In this document: piece after piece, positions 19,037 through 27,722 of the stretch
How the letters are laid out: each line of letters opens with the position of its first letter
Numbering within the stretch: position 1 is the first letter of the stretch
Assembly: GCA_963716425.1 (NCBI GenBank)
Contig: OY970310.1
Span: 1,798,807-1,862,806 of the forward strand
Direction of reading: 5' to 3'
Length of the DNA stretch: 64,000 nucleotides
Source: Candidatus Babeliales bacterium
GTDB taxonomy: Bacteria > Babelota > Babeliae > Babelales > JBFXEV01
Notes under the pieces: generated by a model
What the model was told of the DNA's origin: nothing
What the model saw: the letters and a program-made list of their open reading frames with translations, nothing else
Database searches by the model: none
Made by a program: the position numbers and the translations under genes

Positions 19037-19089
19037 ATTTTTCCTCTCCAGAATATTAGACAATTTTCTAATTTAAATATTAGCAAAGC

Positions 19090-19126
19090 GAGCAATAGAA
19101 TTGTAAGTATTACATTTCTATTGCTC
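19090..19126. promoter_or_regulatory. 11-bp perfect inverted repeat (gagcaatagaa-n15-ttctattgctc) upstream of the ANK gene start
   Basis: Read directly. Lies 55-90 nt upstream of ATG 19036 with no U-tract on either strand, so it could be an operator or a leader hairpin. Confidence 0.25.
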
Positions 19127-19136
19127 TTGCATAAAC

Positions 19137-19179
19137 AAAAAAAATGGCAACGTTCCATGGAATCCATGAAAACGCTGCC
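19137..19179 (-). terminator. rho-independent terminator of nupC
   Basis: Minus strand: GGCAGCGTT-n16-AACGTTGCC (9 bp including one G.U) followed by ATTTTTTTT, 30 nt after the nupC stop. Confidence 0.7.
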
Positions 19180-19208
19180 AAATAATATACATGTATAAAC
19201 AGATAATT

Positions 19209-20480
19209 CTATAAAAGAAGACCTGCAATCATAGCAGAAAGCAAGTTAGAAAGGGCACCGCCAAGCACTGCATATAATCCAAGTTCGCAAAGCAATGCTC
19301 GTTTCTCTGGCACTAATGCACCAATACCACCAACTTGAATACCAATGCATGAAAAATTAGAGAAACCACACAATGCATACGTCATTAATGCTTCTGCGCG
19401 AGTCGATAACCCCATGCCCACCATTTCACTAAAAGCAATAAACTCATTAACCGCTACTTTGGTGCCAAGAAGTTGGCCAGCTTTCAGCGCTTCAGTGCCG
19501 GTGAGGCCAAGTAAATAACCAAACGGGGCAAATAAATAAGAAAAAATAATATTTAAGCTCAGTGGTGGCAGTTGCCATGCAGCTCCCAAAAGACCCAGTA
19601 AACTATTCAAATATCCAGTACCCCAACCAAGCATAAAGTTAATAAGAGCAAGCAATGATAAAAAGGAAATTAACATAGCACCAACGTTAAGCGCCAACTG
19701 CAAGCCATCTGATGTTCCTGCAGATACGGCATCAATAACGTTACTAGTAGTTTTTTCAAACTCAACTTGTGCACCACCCGAAGTTTGTGCTTTTTCAGTT
19801 TCAGGCAATATAATTTTTGCAATTAATAATGATGCAGGAATAGCCATAACACTTGAGGTTAACAAGTGAGTTACAGGCACGTCCATGGATGCAAATACCG
19901 CCAGAAGCGCACCGCTAATGGTTGCCATACCACTGACCATCACCACTAACATTTCTGATTCTGTCATGTTCTTCAAATAAGGGCGCACCAAGAGCGGAGC
20001 TTCCGTTTGACCCAAAAAGCTATTGGATATTGCACACAATGTTTCAGCACCAGACGTACCCAAAATAGGCCTAATGCCATAACTAAGAACACGCACAATT
20101 TGTTGCACAATGCCTAAATGAAAAAGGAGCGACATAAAAGCGCCAAAGAAAATTATTATGGGCAAAATCTTAATGGCAAAGACTACTCCCCATGGGCCCT
20201 CGGCATTTGATAAACTCCCAAATACAAAACCAATACCCGCTCCTGCAAAATGATAGAGCCCTTCAACAACGTGTGCCACATGCCCAACAAATCGTTGCCC
20301 CAATCCTGTTCGCAAAATTACAAAACCGATAGCACACTGCAACAATAATGCGTTTATCACTAACTTATAGTTGATAGCATTACGCTTTTTTGAGAATAAA
20401 AATGCAATGAACAAGATAACGAAAATACCAAGTAAATTCATGTATCGGTTATATTCAAGCAGATACGACATGAGTGACAT
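19209..20480 (-). CDS. nupC: concentrative nucleoside transporter (NupC/CNT family)
   Basis: 423-aa polytopic protein. 'GTSGAETLCAISNSFLGQTEAPLLVRPYL' and 'NEFIAF...GFSNFSCIGIQVGGIG' are hallmark CNT motifs. Confidence 0.85.
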   Translation of the reverse strand: MSLMSYLLEYNRYMNLLGIFVILFIAFLFSKKRNAINYKLVINALLLQCAIGFVILRTGLGQRFVGHVAHVVEGLYHFAGAGIGFVFGSLSNAEGPWGVVFAIKILPIIIFFGAFMSLLFHLGIVQQIVRVLSYGIRPILGTSGAETLCAISNSFLGQTEAPLLVRPYLKNMTESEMLVVMVSGMATISGALLAVFASMDVPVTHLLTSSVMAIPASLLIAKIILPETEKAQTSGGAQVEFEKTTSNVIDAVSAGTSDGLQLALNVGAMLISFLSLLALINFMLGWGTGYLNSLLGLLGAAWQLPPLSLNIIFSYLFAPFGYLLGLTGTEALKAGQLLGTKVAVNEFIAFSEMVGMGLSTRAEALMTYALCGFSNFSCIGIQVGGIGALVPEKRALLCELGLYAVLGGALSNLLSAMIAGLLL

Positions 20481-20487
20481 AAGGACC

Positions 20488-20530
20488 TCTAAGCAGTTTG
20501 GTTAATAATGTTACAATTGAACTGCTTAGA
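20488..20530. promoter_or_regulatory. 11-bp perfect inverted repeat abutting the nupC start codon/RBS
   Basis: tctaagcagtt (20488-20498) and aactgcttaga (20520-20530), 21-nt spacer. The left arm ends 8 nt from the nupC ATG (20480). Confidence 0.35.
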
Positions 20531-20605
20531 AGTATAATTAAAACAAGCTTGTTTGACCAGTTCTTACATAAAAAAAATAATGGCCCCAAAGGTAGTACCC
20601 AGCAT

Positions 20606-20635
20606 TTGACAAACGTGTCACTAATGTAGTATATA
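20606..20635 (+). promoter_or_regulatory. sigma70-like promoter candidate (TTGACA-18 nt-TATATA)
   Basis: Read directly, about 125 nt upstream of the 20761 start. Confidence 0.4.
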
Positions 20636-20760
20636 ATAAAGCATACCGGTGAGAGTTGTACACGTCACAAAAAGGAAAGAGAAACAAACAATCTTAGCAT
20701 TCCCAATGTTTACCCAAAAAAATCACTAATCACTTAAAACATAGTTTTGAAAGATGTAGT

Positions 20761-23319
20761 ATGAAAAGAAATATTATAATGCTCAGCTTACTCGCCTGCT
20801 TGAGCATAACGATCTTAGCAGAAGATGCTTATAAATCAGGCCAAAACAGTTGTTGCAAAAAAAGTAGTTGTACCCCAACCCCAATATCTGGCCCATCCAC
20901 CATTGCCTGTTCAGGCAATTTTTGTTTGGCAAAAGACATTAAAGGCACCATAGTCATTGCAGCCAGTGATGTAGTACTTGATCTTAACTCTCATGAAATT
21001 GATGCAAATGGTGCAGCAAATGCTATCATTGCACATGGCCCTACTGGCATTACTATCAAAAATGGTAGCATCGTAAACTCTTCTGCTGCTGGTATTAATA
21101 TCATTGCATGTGAAGAAGTAACAGTGACCGATATCACCTTCAGAGATAATGCTGACATATCGCTCAGCATGGAAGCGGAATCGGTAGGCGAGTGCCCAGA
21201 TTTTACCGTCACGAACCCTTGCCAAGGCATTGTGGTTGCAAACTTGGACATTAGTCAAGGTAACCGTGCAATGTTATTCTCAGGATGCAACGAACTGAGC
21301 GTTAAAAACTGCTTTGTCTATGACAACACAAACACTATCCCCAACGCGGTAGTTGGCGTGGAGTATTGTAATAATGTGTTCTTGGAAGAAGTGTTTGCGG
21401 ATAATAACACCAAAGATATTCCTGGGCAAGGAAGTTTAACCTTGCCTCTTTTTGGCGCAGAAACTGCCGTAATGCTTGTGCTTGCAAGTAATAATGTGCA
21501 TGTGAAAAACTGTACCACTAATAAAAATCTTTCGACATTGGAAATGACAGGACTCCAAGTGACTGGCATTGATGTGCAAGCCACGGGTACCACTATTGAT
21601 TGTATCCTCTTGGATCTTACAACTGGTATAATTATTGAGGGACATCAAGCTAACGCTAATTCCAATACATATGGCACTTTAATTGGCATAGCTCTATTCC
21701 AAGTTCCGAATCCAGTGGTTCGTGACTCACAAACAAATGGTAACATAATAACACAGAGTACAAACGGTATCGGATTTCCAACGCAAGACTTCTTATTTGG
21801 CCTTGGTTGTGTAGGCTGCCCCGGAGCCCATGTAAGCAATCACCAATCAAATCAAAATGCAGCAAAAAATTCTGTTACATTAAAAGGTGGAGAAGCATAC
21901 GGCATTTTCATGTGTTCTGGATTAGGGCCTGTCCTTTCTAATGGCAGCGTAATTGAAGACAGCCAGGCAAACAATAATGGCGACCCTATTGAGTCGTCTA
22001 AAGGTACAGGCATATGCTTTGGTTTTGGCATACTCGTGGCACCATCAAGTGGTGGTATCATACGACGATGCCAAGCGAATGGTAATCAAGCCGGATCAGC
22101 TGCATTTGGTATTGCCGTGTATTGGGATGATGCTCTTGTTGAAGATTGTCAGGCAGATAACAATAATTCGATTAGCGCTACCGACTTTGGCAATAATACA
22201 GCCTTAGGACTTACCTGTGGTATTTCTGTAACCGCCGGTGTAAAGAATGCTCGAGTCATCTCTTGTAGTGCGTCTGGCAATATCAGTGCGAGCAGTTTTG
22301 GAGTGGGTATTGATATTGCAGGATTTCCGGAAATTAGCCCATTCTTACAACCATCCACACTAGGTCTTGCGCCATCAAATGCTGTAATACAAGATTGTGC
22401 AACCAATAACAATACCTCTACCGGTACTGTGGTAACGGGATCGATTTCGGAAACTACACTCAATGTAACGTCTGTTATATCGGGTAGATTAGCTGTTGGT
22501 CAAGTTCTTTCTGGCAGAGCAGTAGCTGCTGGCACTGTTATTACCGCACTCGGTACGGGAACTGGCGGTGTGGGAACATACTCGGTAAGTATTGTACAAA
22601 CAACCCCAAATACTACCATTACCGCACAACTTGCAGCACAGGTAACTGGATCAATAGCAGGAACAATACTTGCAGTAACCTCAGTCACATCTGGTACTTT
22701 GCTACCCGGTATGGTAATTTCTGGAGTTGGCATAACTCCTGGTACCACCATTGTTAATCAAGAAGCAAATGCACTGGTAACTGGGTCAATAACGGGAACT
22801 ACATTAATAGTAACTGGCGTTACCATTGGTACATTGCTTGTGGGTCAAGTAATTGCGGGAGCTGGAATTGCAGATGGAACAACCATTACTGCTTTAGGTA
22901 CTGGCACTGGTGGCACAGGAAAATACACTGTAAGTATATCGCAAACGGCTGCGAGCACCACCATTGCCGCTGTTGGAGTTGGATTTGGCAGCACTGGTGC
23001 GTATACAGTAAGTATTCCACAATTTGTTGCAAGTACCACCATTACTGCAGTTCTTCCAGCAAGCTTTGGTGTTGGTGTTCGCTTGAATGGCGCAACAACA
23101 TCCCAAGTGGCCAATTGCACCGCTATTGCAAATCAGTATGGATTCTTTAATAATACCGGATTACCTCAGAACGCGTTCTTTGGTAATACTGCAGAAGCTA
23201 ACTCTACTGCAAACTACTCAGCTGGCATTATTAACAATCAATCAACGTTCACCAAATCTACAGGTGTGTTTTTACCAACGCCACCAAGTAGTTGGACGAA
23301 CATAGCGGTTCTTCCTTAA
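20761..23319 (+). CDS. large secreted right-handed parallel beta-helix (pectate-lyase/NosD-like) protein with C-terminal Gly/Thr-rich repeats
   Basis: Signal '[20 protein letters not shown]'. N-terminal '[21 protein letters not shown]...[19 protein letters not shown]' beta-helix-type repeats with many N/G-rich turns. Three C-terminal units of 45-65 aa. Confidence 0.7.
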   Translation: MKRNIIMLSLLACLSITILAEDAYKSGQNSCCKKSSCTPTPISGPSTIACSGNFCLAKDIKGTIVIAASDVVLDLNSHEIDANGAANAIIAHGPTGITIKNGSIVNSSAAGINIIACEEVTVTDITFRDNADISLSMEAESVGECPDFTVTNPCQGIVVANLDISQGNRAMLFSGCNELSVKNCFVYDNTNTIPNAVVGVEYCNNVFLEEVFADNNTKDIPGQGSLTLPLFGAETAVMLVLASNNVHVKNCTTNKNLSTLEMTGLQVTGIDVQATGTTIDCILLDLTTGIIIEGHQANANSNTYGTLIGIALFQVPNPVVRDSQTNGNIITQSTNGIGFPTQDFLFGLGCVGCPGAHVSNHQSNQNAAKNSVTLKGGEAYGIFMCSGLGPVLSNGSVIEDSQANNNGDPIESSKGTGICFGFGILVAPSSGGIIRRCQANGNQAGSAAFGIAVYWDDALVEDCQADNNNSISATDFGNNTALGLTCGISVTAGVKNARVISCSASGNISASSFGVGIDIAGFPEISPFLQPSTLGLAPSNAVIQDCATNNNTSTGTVVTGSISETTLNVTSVISGRLAVGQVLSGRAVAAGTVITALGTGTGGVGTYSVSIVQTTPNTTITAQLAAQVTGSIAGTILAVTSVTSGTLLPGMVISGVGITPGTTIVNQEANALVTGSITGTTLIVTGVTIGTLLVGQVIAGAGIADGTTITALGTGTGGTGKYTVSISQTAASTTIAAVGVGFGSTGAYTVSIPQFVASTTITAVLPASFGVGVRLNGATTSQVANCTAIANQYGFFNNTGLPQNAFFGNTAEANSTANYSAGIINNQSTFTKSTGVFLPTPPSSWTNIAVLP
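22423..23055 (+). repeat. three (plus one partial) in-frame coding repeats '[41 protein letters not shown]..(S/N)TTI(T/A)A'
   Basis: Units begin near 22423, 22642 and 22777, with a partial unit up to about 23055. Read from the translation. Confidence 0.7.
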
Positions 23320-23335
23320 GCTTCATTTCTAAACA

Positions 23336-23364
23336 GGGCCGTCCAAATTCTGGACGGCCCTTCT
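23336..23364 (+). terminator. rho-independent terminator
   Basis: Perfect 10-bp GC-rich stem gggccgtcca-aattc-tggacggccc followed by a T-rich tail, 17 nt after the stop. Confidence 0.75.
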
Positions 23365-23439
23365 GCTCTTCAAATTGACACACACTCCTTGATATGCCAA
23401 AGTAATAGCGAACTCCCTTAAGCAGCCAAAGGTAACACT

Positions 23440-23973
23440 ATGCATCGCAACATATTACTTTCGCTTCTGAATACATATCATCCATTAGATCAGGATGAAA
23501 TGCATTTTAAAGAACAAATGATACATTTTATTAATGAACATCCTGATTGTTTTGAACGAACTCTTGAAATTGGACATATTACCGGATCCGCATTTATATT
23601 GAACAAAGAACACACACATGCACTCCTTTTGCATCACACAAAGCTAGACAAATGGTTCCAATTAGGTGGCCACTGTGATGGAGATCCTGACGTGTTAGCA
23701 GTTGCTACTCGCGAAGCACAAGAAGAATCTGGCATAATGGCCATTGCGCCGCTAAACACAGAAATCTTTGATATTGATATTCATCGCATTCCAGAAAATA
23801 AGCGTGAAAAAGCGCACGATCATTTTGATGTTCGTTTCTTACTCCATGTCACCAGCAATGAACAATTAGTGCAAAATGTGGAATCAAAAGAATTACGATG
23901 GATTAAATTAGATATGAGTGATTTGCCAACTGATAATAGATCTGTAATACGGATGTTCAAGAAAATTTCTTGA
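23440..23973 (+). CDS. NUDIX hydrolase
   Basis: Nudix box 'GGHCDGDPDVLAVATREAQEESGI'. Confidence 0.8.
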   Translation: MHRNILLSLLNTYHPLDQDEMHFKEQMIHFINEHPDCFERTLEIGHITGSAFILNKEHTHALLLHHTKLDKWFQLGGHCDGDPDVLAVATREAQEESGIMAIAPLNTEIFDIDIHRIPENKREKAHDHFDVRFLLHVTSNEQLVQNVESKELRWIKLDMSDLPTDNRSVIRMFKKIS

Positions 23974-24110
23974 ATAGTAACGAAGCAAATAGAAGAATAG
24001 AAAAAGGGAAACTTCATATAAAATTTATAGTTCTTACAAAAATAACTCCGTTCAGGCTTTAATCTATAAGAACGCTTATACAACGTTTCCCAACTTACTA
24101 AAATAATAGG

Positions 24111-24360
24111 GAGCATTTTACGCTGGTTGGTTTTACCCAATTACTTTCTAACTTTTAAAGGTTAGAAACCTTCACAAAAAACTCCCATTTTTTAAGAGAG
24201 CATTCAATGCTGTTGGTTATTTCCAATTACTTTTTAGCTTTCACTAAAATCCACACAAAACGCTCTCAATTTAATGGAGACATCTATTGTGCTGATTACT
24301 CAATTGCCTTTCAACCGAAGTTGAAAACACCTTACATATCTCCAATTTTTCAATTTTTAG
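24111..24360. repeat. three degenerate tandem units (about 80-87 bp), each with a small hairpin
   Basis: Units start near 24111, 24201 and 24281 and share 'tgctg.ttgg...ccaatt.c'. Hairpins are tttctaac/gttagaaa (24145-24168), ttttag/ctaaaa (24232-24249) and tttcaac/gttgaaa (24309-24326). Confidence 0.5.
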
Positions 24361-24635
24361 GAAGTGTTCTTTAAGGCCTCTCTTTTGGGAGATCTCATAA
24401 CCTTTGGGGTTACTACTCTTTAAGCTCACTTCCTACTTATACTATAACTCATTGGAAGCCTGAATAGCAAGGGTTTTTCATCATTTTTAGAAAAAAACTT
24501 AATTGGCGGGTTCAAAATCATTATTTTCTGAATACATTGATCAAATGCATTAATCGACATATCCCGGCTTGCAAACCTGCAAATAATTATTAAACCAATC
24601 TCAACTAACCCTGCATGAGATTATCTGAGGAGCAA

Positions 24636-25490
24636 TCATACCAAACTTGCTTCCAAAATGCCAAGACTACGCGTTAACTCATTCAACGCTTTTACAAGCC
24701 CGCCATCCCCAGTTGGCTGAACTGGTGGCGTAACAGGTTGCACAGGCGGTTTAACCACTGGTGCAATAGGGACAATAGGTTGACCAATTGGAAATTTTGC
24801 GCTCGCTTGTTCAAGCTGTGCAATAAGAGCCGCATATTCACCCGTCGTCATTTGGCTTCTGATTCTCATTTTACCAACCAATGATAGCTGTTGCTCTAAT
24901 GCCATTTGTAATGGTGTTTTGCCACTCTTATTTATTAAATTTGGATTCGCGCCCTTCTCCAATAATGCAGCAATAATTTCAGGAGATGCCTCATAAAAAA
25001 CTGCTAAGTGAAGCGCAGTATCCTTTTCCTTATTTTCTGCATTCGGGTTTGCTCCTTTTTCTAGCAGCAATGTAACAAACTTTTTATCATTATTTTTTAC
25101 TACAGCTTCTAATAAACGTTCATCAGTTTTACGATTCAGTAATCCATTGGGATCAGCGCCATTTTCAACAAGCATTCGTATAATATCATATTTATGCCAT
25201 GCTCGTTCTACAGGAGTTTCATTATATTGGTCTAATGCATTAGGATTAGCATTATGAGCAAGAAGTTCTCGTACTATTTCACGATTTCCATGTTGTGAAG
25301 CAAGATTTAGTGGTCTATCTCCATTAGGTTGCTGGGCATTAGGATTTGCACCTTTTTTTAATAAATCATTAACTTTATCAACATCAGAATTTTTTACGGC
25401 ATCAAATAGCTCTTCATCTAAACTCATAGCAAAACTTTGTGATACTATAATGAAAAATGACCCTATTAACATAGATTTACAAAATTGCAT
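24636..25490 (-). CDS. ankyrin-repeat protein with signal peptide and Pro-rich C-terminus
   Basis: 'GDRPLNLASQHGNREIVRELLAHNANPNA', 'DTALHLAVFYEASPEIIAALLEKGANPN'. Tail 'PIVPIAPVVKPPVQPVTPPVQP'. Confidence 0.85.
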   Translation of the reverse strand: MQFCKSMLIGSFFIIVSQSFAMSLDEELFDAVKNSDVDKVNDLLKKGANPNAQQPNGDRPLNLASQHGNREIVRELLAHNANPNALDQYNETPVERAWHKYDIIRMLVENGADPNGLLNRKTDERLLEAVVKNNDKKFVTLLLEKGANPNAENKEKDTALHLAVFYEASPEIIAALLEKGANPNLINKSGKTPLQMALEQQLSLVGKMRIRSQMTTGEYAALIAQLEQASAKFPIGQPIVPIAPVVKPPVQPVTPPVQPTGDGGLVKALNELTRSLGILEASLV

Positions 25491-25583
25491 AAAACTATCC
25501 TTTTTTTTTTAAAGTGGAAAATGAAACACATAATGAGCATATACACAAGTTCAACTTCAAGTCAACCGTTGTTTTTTTATTAC

Positions 25584-25875
25584 TTAAAATGATATACGCT
25601 TTACTATATCATAAACATCTTTTCTGTGCCCAACGACAGAGATTAAGATAATCTGCCTATCAACAATAATTGAGAATAGAACTCGATAGTCATTTACTCG
25701 TAAGTGATATATATTTTTATACCCTTGAAGTTTTTTTATATCAAGTTATGGATCTGAAAAGGGTAATCTTTGAATTTTCGATACGATCTTTTCGTAATCA
25801 GCTTTTTTCAAGGTCATCTAAATATTTTTGAGCCTTTTTTTCGATAGCTATCTTAAATGACTCATATGCCTTCAT
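25584..25875 (-). pseudogene. RelE/ParE-family toxin pseudogene (in-frame stop plus frameshifts in the N-terminal third)
   Basis: The ATG overlaps the antitoxin stop (ATGA). Reads 'MKAYESFKIAIEKKAQKYLDDLEKS*', then in another frame 'DIKKLQGYKNIYHLRVNDYRVLFSIIVDRQIILISVVGHRKDVYDIVKRISF*' (classic RelE/ParE 'YRLRVGDYRVIY...VGHRKDVY'). The 292-nt span is not a multiple of 3. Confidence 0.75.
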
Positions 25876-26084
25876 TTTTTTTCTATTTTCTTATTTGCTT
25901 CATTAAAATCAATAAATTCACCCTCTTCAAGAGCTTGTTCTGCTTTGAGACCAAAATACATATCTTCTAAACGCTCAAGCATTCTCTCAGAAGTTGAAAT
26001 CTCAAGAATTACTCCGGTTTTTTTTCCGGTACTATCGACAATGTATGTTGGTGAAATTTCCAATATATCTTTTTTCATATTCAT
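25872..26084 (-). CDS. putative type II antitoxin (family not assigned)
   Basis: 70-aa acidic ORF directly upstream of, and overlapping, the toxin relic. 'YIVDSTGKKTGVILEISTSERMLERLEDMY' resembles antitoxins that pair with RelE/ParE. Confidence 0.55.
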   Translation of the reverse strand: MNMKKDILEISPTYIVDSTGKKTGVILEISTSERMLERLEDMYFGLKAEQALEEGEFIDFNEANKKIEKK

Positions 26085-26107
26085 CTTCTATGATTAAAAT
26101 ATGATAA

Positions 26108-27178
26108 TTAAACTTTTGCAATAGCCTGCTTTTTGCGCTCTTCTCGATCATGCTGCATCAAAGCAGTCACCAGTTCATCAAGCTGACCTTCCATGATCAT
26201 ATCAAGTTTATTCAGCGTCAGCTCTACTTGATGATCACTCACGCGATTCTGTGGATAGTTATAGGTGCGAACTTTTTCAGATCTCATGGCAGAACCAACT
26301 TGATCTTTACGTTGCTTTGCTTCTATTGCATCTTGCTTTTCACGTTCTGCTTGAAGCAAACGAGATTGGAGCATTTTTAATGCTTTTGCTTTATTTTTGT
26401 GTTGAGAGCGTTCTTCTTGACAAGCGACTACCACGCCTGTTGGAATATGCGTAATGCGAATTGCAGAATCAGTTTTATTAACATGCTGACCACCGGCGCC
26501 ACTTGCACGATACGTATCAATACGCAAGTCTGCAGGGTTAATGTCTATATCAACTTCTTTTGCTTCAGGCATAACGGCAACCGTTGCGGTTGAAGTATGC
26601 ACACGGCCTTGTGTTTCTGTTTTAGGAACACGCTGCACGCGATGCACGCCTGCTTCCTTTTTAAGATGCGCGTAGGCACCTTTACCTTGAATGTGTAATG
26701 TTGCTTCACGCACGCCACCAAGTTCTGTATTACTTAAGTCTGCCAAATCTACTTGCCATCCTTTACTGATAGCATAGTTGGTATACATACGCACAAGGTC
26801 TGCAGCAAATAAAGATGCTTCTTTGCCTCCTGCGCCCGCTCGCACTTCCAAGAAGACTGAGCGATCATCCATAACATCAGGTGGCACAATGAGATACTCT
26901 AACTCATCTTGTGCAACCTTTAGTTTATCAGTAAGATCTGCAACTTCTTGCGCAAACAGTTCTTTATATTCTTGATCATCAGTTGCAGCTTCTTGCTCAC
27001 GAGCATCTTGAAGCTGCTTTTCTAGATCTTGAATCACCGTATGCGCATCGAGCAAAGTTTTTAAATGCTTTGCTTCACTTTGCAACCCAGTACGAACCCT
27101 ATTATCAATTTCTCCCGACATTAATTGATCGGTAATGGCTTGATATCGTTCCTTGAGCTTGCTCCATTCAATCTGCAT
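26108..27178 (-). CDS. prfA: peptide chain release factor 1
   Basis: '[23 protein letters not shown]' GGQ motif. '[17 protein letters not shown]' (RF1 PxT position). Full-length collinearity with RF1. Confidence 0.95.
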   Translation of the reverse strand: MQIEWSKLKERYQAITDQLMSGEIDNRVRTGLQSEAKHLKTLLDAHTVIQDLEKQLQDAREQEAATDDQEYKELFAQEVADLTDKLKVAQDELEYLIVPPDVMDDRSVFLEVRAGAGGKEASLFAADLVRMYTNYAISKGWQVDLADLSNTELGGVREATLHIQGKGAYAHLKKEAGVHRVQRVPKTETQGRVHTSTATVAVMPEAKEVDIDINPADLRIDTYRASGAGGQHVNKTDSAIRITHIPTGVVVACQEERSQHKNKAKALKMLQSRLLQAEREKQDAIEAKQRKDQVGSAMRSEKVRTYNYPQNRVSDHQVELTLNKLDMIMEGQLDELVTALMQHDREERKKQAIAKV

Positions 27179-27183
27179 TATGA

Positions 27184-27411
27184 TTATTTTTTCTTTTTCT
27201 TGGGAGCTGCTTCTTGTGGCTTATACCGAGCTTGGAACTTCTCAATACGGCCAGCAGTATCTACAAACTTTTGTTCCCCAGTAAAAAACGGGTGGCATTT
27301 GGAGCAAAGCGTTACCGTAATTTCAGGAAGTGTAGACCGTGTTTTATAAGATGCACCACATGCGCACGTTACGTTAACATCATGTAATTGTGGATGGATA
27401 TCTGGTTTCAT
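27184..27411 (-). CDS. rpmE: 50S ribosomal protein L31 (Cys-containing type A)
   Basis: 'MKPDIHPQ...CACG...[22 protein letters not shown]'. Confidence 0.95.
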   Translation of the reverse strand: MKPDIHPQLHDVNVTCACGASYKTRSTLPEITVTLCSKCHPFFTGEQKFVDTAGRIEKFQARYKPQEAAPKKKKK

Positions 27412-27616
27412 AGTATTACCCTTTAATTTCCCTATTCCTTTATCAACTCCCCAGGTTTATACCAGGGATAAGAGAAAAGGGTTTGGGAACGGTTATTCAT
27501 ATTATAGTACCCTTAAGTATTGCCCAAAAATTGCCCTTTGTAAAGGCTATTAGGCTCTTTACAGGTTTGCCTCCCTGGCATGGAAGAGGGCTTACAGGTA
27601 AACAAAGCTTATTACA

Positions 27617-27644
27617 TTGACTTATTAATCATTTATTTTATAAT
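27617..27644 (+). promoter_or_regulatory. sigma70-like promoter candidate (TTGACT-16 nt-TATAAT)
   Basis: Read directly, about 80 nt upstream of the 27723 ORF. Confidence 0.45.
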
Positions 27645-27722
27645 AGAAAATATATACCATAGCGCTAAGGACGTATTATTAACCATACATTTAATACACT
27701 AACCCTCATAGTCACAATAAAG

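Noticed and set aside
20911-23305. About fifteen 60-115-aa ORFs on both strands inside the 20761-23319 gene (e.g. 20911-21258, 22149-22463, 22845-23120)
   Set aside because: All are nested in or antisense to a long ORF with coherent domain and repeat structure. Their translations are low-complexity mirror images of the Gly/Thr/Val-rich coding strand, with no RBS or motif support.
23820-24140. 106-aa minus-strand ORF spanning the Nudix 3' end and the following spacer
   Set aside because: It is antisense to a well-supported Nudix CDS for half its length, has no RBS and no motifs, and its remainder lies in the degenerate repeat region.
24111-24360. CRISPR array
   Set aside because: The repeats are only loosely similar (not near-identical), there is no regular repeat-spacer architecture, there are only three units, and no cas genes occur in the window.
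27412-27616. Possible ribosomal-protein leader or riboswitch upstream of rpmE
   Set aside because: Only weak, wobble-rich hairpins were found by eye, and I recognised no known leader motif. The evidence is insufficient to call.
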